Positions 59,628 to 64,000 of a DNA stretch of 64,000 nt are shown here, in pieces. Positions within the stretch are counted from its first letter, which is position 1. Each line of letters opens with the position of its first letter. The position numbers and the translations under genes are program-made. Origin of the DNA: Planctomycetota bacterium (lineage in GTDB: Bacteria; Planctomycetota; PLA2; JAEUHO01); NCBI GenBank assembly GCA_965223505.1, contig CBDCWP010000044.1, positions 192,001 to 256,000 of the forward strand, read 5' to 3'. The notes under the pieces are model-generated. The model did no database searches. It was not told the DNA's origin and saw only the letters and a list, made by a program, of their open reading frames with translations.

Positions 59628-62270
59628 ATGAGCCGATCGAGCGACCCCGTCGAAGTCGAGAGCCTGCTGTCGCATCGCCGCTGGATTCGTGGTCTGGCTC
59701 GATCGCTGCTTCGCGACGAGAACCTCGTCGACGACGTCGAACAGGAAACCTGGATGACGGCGATGCGCAGCCGGCCCGCTCAGGGCCCGCGCATCCGCGG
59801 GTGGCTTCGCCGGGTCGTACGCAGCCGCGCGATCGACCTGCGTCGGGCCCAAGCGCGACGCGAGTTGCGGGAGGAAGCCGTAGCCGCCCAGCGGCCTGCA
59901 GCCGCCGCGGCGCATCTCGTCGATCAGGCGGACATGCAACGCGCCGTCGCGCAGTCGGTGGGTGACTTGTCCGAGCCGTACCGCTCGACGGTTCTCTTGC
60001 GCTACTTCGAGGAACTCTCGCCGCGGGAGATCGCCGATCGACTCGACGTTCCCCAGGCGACCGTTCGAACGCGACTGCATCGAGCCCACGAGATGTTGCG
60101 CGTTCGGCTCGAATCCGAGTTCGGCGGCGGGCGCCGGGACTGGCGCGGCTCGCTCGCTCTGCTCGCCGTTCCGCCGTCGCGTTGGGCGACGCCCGCGGCA
60201 GCGGGGCTCTCTACGGGAGGGATCGTGATGACGTTCGTCCAGAAGTGTGTCGTGGTGGGGGCGCTGCTGCTGATCGGCGCGGCGCTCATCGGCTACGGCA
60301 TCCATGAGTGGGACTTCGCGGAGGACAGCCACGATCTCGGCGAGGCGGATCGTGGTGGCGGCGCCGACGACCTGGATCCGGACGGTGCGGCGGCCCTGGA
60401 AGGCCGCAGCGACGGCGGCGAGCTGTCGGCCGGCGACGCCGGGGGCGACAACGCCGACCGCGGATCCCCCGCCACGGAACCCGCGCAGCGCACCCCGGCG
60501 ACGCATCTGCTTCGCGGCAGCGTTCGCGGCGTCGAGAAGAACGCAGTGGCCGAAACGAAGGTCGCGGTGTTCGTCCTTCGAGAGTACGGCTGGGTCGACA
60601 CCGACATCGAGCCGTTCCGGGGTGAGGTGCGCGCGGACGGCAGCTACGAGGTGGACCTGTCCGGCGTGTTTCAGATGGAGAGCGTTCCGAACAACCTCCG
60701 CGTTCGATTCGATCACCCCGACTACGTCGTGGCGAAGCCGACGCTCCTGACGAGCAGCGGCCGAACGAAGACCGGACGTCCTACGGAGTTTCGCGTCGAT
60801 GTGACCCTGAAGCGCGCGACCGTGGTCGCGGGGCGCGTATTGCGGCCGGACGGCAATCCTGTCGTCGGCGGCACCGTCGCCCTGCTCGTGCGTCATGACG
60901 GGCGCTTCCGCTTGAACGACGTGCAGGAGCCGAAGGCCGCCGAGAAGTCGAAGACCGAAGCGGACGGTACGTTCCGTTTGCGAACGGACCGAACCGGCGA
61001 GTACGTGCTCGCGGCGCTCACGCAGGACCTCTTGCCGGCGAGCCGGATCATGGCGGTCGAGCACGGTGTCGCGCCGGACCCGGTCGAGATCGTCATGCAG
61101 GCGGGGCTCTCCATTCGCGGTCGTGTCATCGTCAACGGCAGGCCGGTCGCGGACGCGCAGGTCGAGGCCTACGCGCCCGACCCGGCGTTCGAGTTTCAGA
61201 TCGACCACCACGACCTCGTATGGCGAGACGAGCGTCTCGTGCCGGGTGATCAGAAGGCGACGACCGACGCAACGGGCGCCTACGAGATCAAGGCGCTCGA
61301 CGAGCCGTTGCGCCGGACGAAGGTCTCCAGGGTGAAAGGTCTCCCGATCTGGTATCCGTTGCTCGAGGCCAGCAAGCGCGTCGTCCAGCCCGGATCGGAC
61401 GGCGTCGACTTCGAGATCGAAGGCGCGCACGTCGAGGTGCGCGTGCAATCCGGCGAGCAACGGCTCGAGGGCGCACGTGCCACCGTTCTCTCGCCCGGGA
61501 AGGAGCACGGCGATGCGTATCAACAGTCCGATGACGAAGGGCGTGTCCGCTTCATCCTGCCGCCGGATGCGGCGTTGAGGCTCTCGGTCTCTCACGAGGG
61601 CTACAAGACGGTCGAGCGCGAGTTCCGCACGCTGGGCGTTCGTACCCAGAGCGAGGAGATCGTGGATCTCGGTCCCTCGCTCTCCGGCACGCTCGTGCTG
61701 ACGTTGCGTGATCCCAAGGGCAAGCCGATTCGCAATGCGGAGATCCGCGTTACGAAAGAAGATGACGGGTTCGGATTCGGTTTCAACGATCCCATGACGA
61801 GCGAGATCGGCGTATACCGCCTCGAGCATCTCGAGGTGGGGGAGTCCCTGCTGCTTGTGCGGCCGGGCCGGAAAGCGGGCCTGGAGTTTACGAGCCACTT
61901 CCTGCCGATCCGCGAGCGGATCCAGCTCGACCTGGGCAAGGAGACGATGCTCAGTCTCACTGCCGAGCTCGGCGGGCGGTTGCGCGTGACCGTACGCGAC
62001 GAAGCGGGACAGCTGATCGGCGCGAGCGCGACGCTGCGCGACGAGCGGGGGCAGAAGCGCCGCGTGATGTACGTGACGCAGGGCGAGGGGTTCGCGACGA
62101 TGTCGTCGGGCGGGCCGGGTACGGCGAGTGTCAGTCGGGTCGAACCGGCGCTCGAGCCGGGCGAGTACCACATGGAGCTGTCGGCGAACGACCGCGAGAC
62201 GAAGCGCGTGAGCGTGACCGTGCGCGCCGGCGAGACCCACGACATCGAGGTCACGCTGCGCAAGCTGTAG
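59628..62270 (+). CDS. ECF sigma factor fused to TM and carboxypeptidase-regulatory-like beta-sandwich repeats
   Basis: DDVEQETW, GWLRRV, LRYFEELSPREIA..TVRTRLHRA; TM; GRVLRPDGNPV, TDATGAY, SDDEGRV. Confidence 0.88.
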   Translation: MSRSSDPVEVESLLSHRRWIRGLARSLLRDENLVDDVEQETWMTAMRSRPAQGPRIRGWLRRVVRSRAIDLRRAQARRELREEAVAAQRPAAAAAHLVDQADMQRAVAQSVGDLSEPYRSTVLLRYFEELSPREIADRLDVPQATVRTRLHRAHEMLRVRLESEFGGGRRDWRGSLALLAVPPSRWATPAAAGLSTGGIVMTFVQKCVVVGALLLIGAALIGYGIHEWDFAEDSHDLGEADRGGGADDLDPDGAAALEGRSDGGELSAGDAGGDNADRGSPATEPAQRTPATHLLRGSVRGVEKNAVAETKVAVFVLREYGWVDTDIEPFRGEVRADGSYEVDLSGVFQMESVPNNLRVRFDHPDYVVAKPTLLTSSGRTKTGRPTEFRVDVTLKRATVVAGRVLRPDGNPVVGGTVALLVRHDGRFRLNDVQEPKAAEKSKTEADGTFRLRTDRTGEYVLAALTQDLLPASRIMAVEHGVAPDPVEIVMQAGLSIRGRVIVNGRPVADAQVEAYAPDPAFEFQIDHHDLVWRDERLVPGDQKATTDATGAYEIKALDEPLRRTKVSRVKGLPIWYPLLEASKRVVQPGSDGVDFEIEGAHVEVRVQSGEQRLEGARATVLSPGKEHGDAYQQSDDEGRVRFILPPDAALRLSVSHEGYKTVEREFRTLGVRTQSEEIVDLGPSLSGTLVLTLRDPKGKPIRNAEIRVTKEDDGFGFGFNDPMTSEIGVYRLEHLEVGESLLLVRPGRKAGLEFTSHFLPIRERIQLDLGKETMLSLTAELGGRLRVTVRDEAGQLIGASATLRDERGQKRRVMYVTQGEGFATMSSGGPGTASVSRVEPALEPGEYHMELSANDRETKRVSVTVRAGETHDIEVTLRKL

Positions 62271-62418
62271 ACCAGCGACCGATCCGCCGAAGTCGATCTG
62301 TCCGACCGCGCGGCGGGCTTTCACACCCGGGACCTACGCCCACCGAATCACATGGCGTCGCAGGGTGCCGGCGCGTTCGTACATGCGGGCGACGGCGGTA
62401 GGGGGGCGGAGCCAGCGA

Positions 62419-64000
62419 ATGCGCGTTCGGCGGAGTCTCACTGCGGCGTTCTTGCCGCTGCTCGTGTTCGCCTTCGCGCCCCGGTCCGTCGCTGCGGACG
62501 ACGCCAAACGTCAGATGCGTGCCTTCGAGCAGGCGCTTGCTTCCCATGACTGCGTGCAATGGGATCGCTCGCTTTCCGCGCTGTCCCGAATGGACCACCC
62601 TGCTGCCGTGTTGATGCTCGCGCGGTTCTACGTGGAGCAGGAACGCTACGAAGGCGAGTGGACGAGCTTGCACACGCGGTCGGCCGCGCGCGTGCGCAGT
62701 GCCGACCCGCTGCGCGCCTACGCCGCGCGGCTGTCGAGTCACGGCAACGTTCGATCGTTGCGCGTCATGGTGGACGCGCTCGACGACGAGGACGGCATCG
62801 AGGTCGAGCTCTTCACCGAGGCGCTGCGCGGCAATCCGGCGCTTCACCTCGTCGACGATCCGCTGCGCCAGGGGCTTCAGGTCTCGTTGCGCAAGGGCAA
62901 GGACGAGATCGCGCGGCGCTACCTGGCGTTGTTGTGGGGCCGGCTGCACGCCGGGGACGTAGCGTGGGTCGAGGCGCTGGTTGCGAATCCTCGCGTCGAC
63001 GAGGTGCTGCGTCTCGAGCTTCTGGAGACGTTTCCGTTCCACGACCTCTGGCGGCGCTTGCTAGCCCATGCCGACGAGGACCCGGTGCTCGACACCGCGG
63101 CGTTCGTCGCGGTGATCGCCGAGCAGCTGGAGCTGCCGCTGTCGAGCGCGAGAGCGGCGCGGTCCGCCCTGGAGCGCGTCCGCTCCGATGCCGATCAAGT
63201 CGAGCAGGTGCTCGCCGAGAACGAGAAGCTCGACGAGGCGATCGGCGGCGTGTCGCGCCCACGGGCACGGGCCGCGCTGCACGAGCTCGTCCAGCGCGAA
63301 TGGAAGGCGCTTTTCGAAGAGCCCGCGATGGAGGCGCTTGCGTCGTTGCACGCTTCGTTCGTGACGATCCGTTACGCGCGTTCGTTCCGACGGGATCGCT
63401 ACTTCTTCCAGAAGGAACAGCGGCAGCGCTTCGACAAGCGCATCGACGACGCGAAGATCGTCCAGCGATCGGGTTCGATCGATCTTACGCGACCGCCGTT
63501 GGCGGGGCGCGTAACGAAGCTGGCCGTTCTCGAAGAACGACTCGACGCGCTCGCAAGCGACGTGCCGACGGTGCGCGTGGGAGCGCCGTACCACCGCGAG
63601 CTACTGGCGCTGAACAGGCACGGTGCGTGCGACGTCGAGTCGATCGCGTTCACGCCCGCCGAGCGCGCGTGGCGAACGCGGCGCGACGAGGTGCTCGCCT
63701 ACAACGCGGCCGCCCGAGGACCCACGCCCGCGGAACGCGAGAACGTGGCGTTGGTGAACGCGTATCGGCTTCAGTACGACCTGCTGCCGCTACGCATCGA
63801 CGCCGACCTGACGGTCAGCGCGCGCAAGCACTCCGCGTTCCAGCGCTCGATGGGCCAGATCGCGCACGAGTTTCCGGCCGGCCGGGAGCCCGAAGGCCGA
63901 ACGGCCGTGCAGCGCATGGTGCGCGCCGGCTACCCGTTGCGGTATGCCGGAGGCGAGAACGTGCTGGTCGGCTCGAGTGACCCGGCGCGCGCGTTCCGCT
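62419..64000 (+). CDS. Exported protein with C-terminal CAP/SCP domain; runs off the window edge
   Basis: Own translation: MRVRRSLTAAFLPLLVFAFAP signal; VNAYR..LLPLRIDADLTVSARKHS..AH..GGENV. Confidence 0.75.
   Translation, partial: MRVRRSLTAAFLPLLVFAFAPRSVAADDAKRQMRAFEQALASHDCVQWDRSLSALSRMDHPAAVLMLARFYVEQERYEGEWTSLHTRSAARVRSADPLRAYAARLSSHGNVRSLRVMVDALDDEDGIEVELFTEALRGNPALHLVDDPLRQGLQVSLRKGKDEIARRYLALLWGRLHAGDVAWVEALVANPRVDEVLRLELLETFPFHDLWRRLLAHADEDPVLDTAAFVAVIAEQLELPLSSARAARSALERVRSDADQVEQVLAENEKLDEAIGGVSRPRARAALHELVQREWKALFEEPAMEALASLHASFVTIRYARSFRRDRYFFQKEQRQRFDKRIDDAKIVQRSGSIDLTRPPLAGRVTKLAVLEERLDALASDVPTVRVGAPYHRELLALNRHGACDVESIAFTPAERAWRTRRDEVLAYNAAARGPTPAERENVALVNAYRLQYDLLPLRIDADLTVSARKHSAFQRSMGQIAHEFPAGREPEGRTAVQRMVRAGYPLRYAGGENVLVGSSDPARAFR

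Overview
A very GC-rich, densely coding bacterial window. The gene content (DUF1592/DUF1552 pair, ECF sigma fusions, FG-GAP, Vps10-like and CHAT proteins, many exported hypothetical proteins) suggests a Planctomycetota-like organism; that assignment is inference. I found no rRNA, tRNA, CRISPR array or transposase. The main signal is four genes that the ORF track splits at in-frame TGA codons. In each, the reading frame and a coherent protein continue through the TGA, the TGA sits in a Cys/Sec-type motif, and a hairpin with a GT-containing loop follows 17-27 nt downstream, as expected for a bacterial SECIS. They are: a thioredoxin-like lipoprotein with U-P-F-C (35834-36247 +), a Selenoprotein-N-like lipoprotein with C-U (41185-40145 -), a GspG-like pseudopilin with U-G-U (42104-41796 -), and an FG-GAP repeat protein with W-U-C (53811-55082 +). 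All four look exported or membrane-anchored, pointing to an extracytoplasmic selenoproteome. No selA/B/C/D genes are in the window. Also present: an ECF sigma / anti-sigma / secreted TPR-CHAT protease module with a CAATT-N14-CGACT motif shared by the sigma gene and a twin-lipoprotein operon; widespread TANNNT boxes 5-8 nt before start codons (leaderless transcripts); an internally deleted PhoX pseudogene next to a Na/Pi transporter-PhoU pair; and a gene with four +1 homopolymer frameshifts, probably sequencing errors. All family calls come from motifs recognised by eye, not from database searches.
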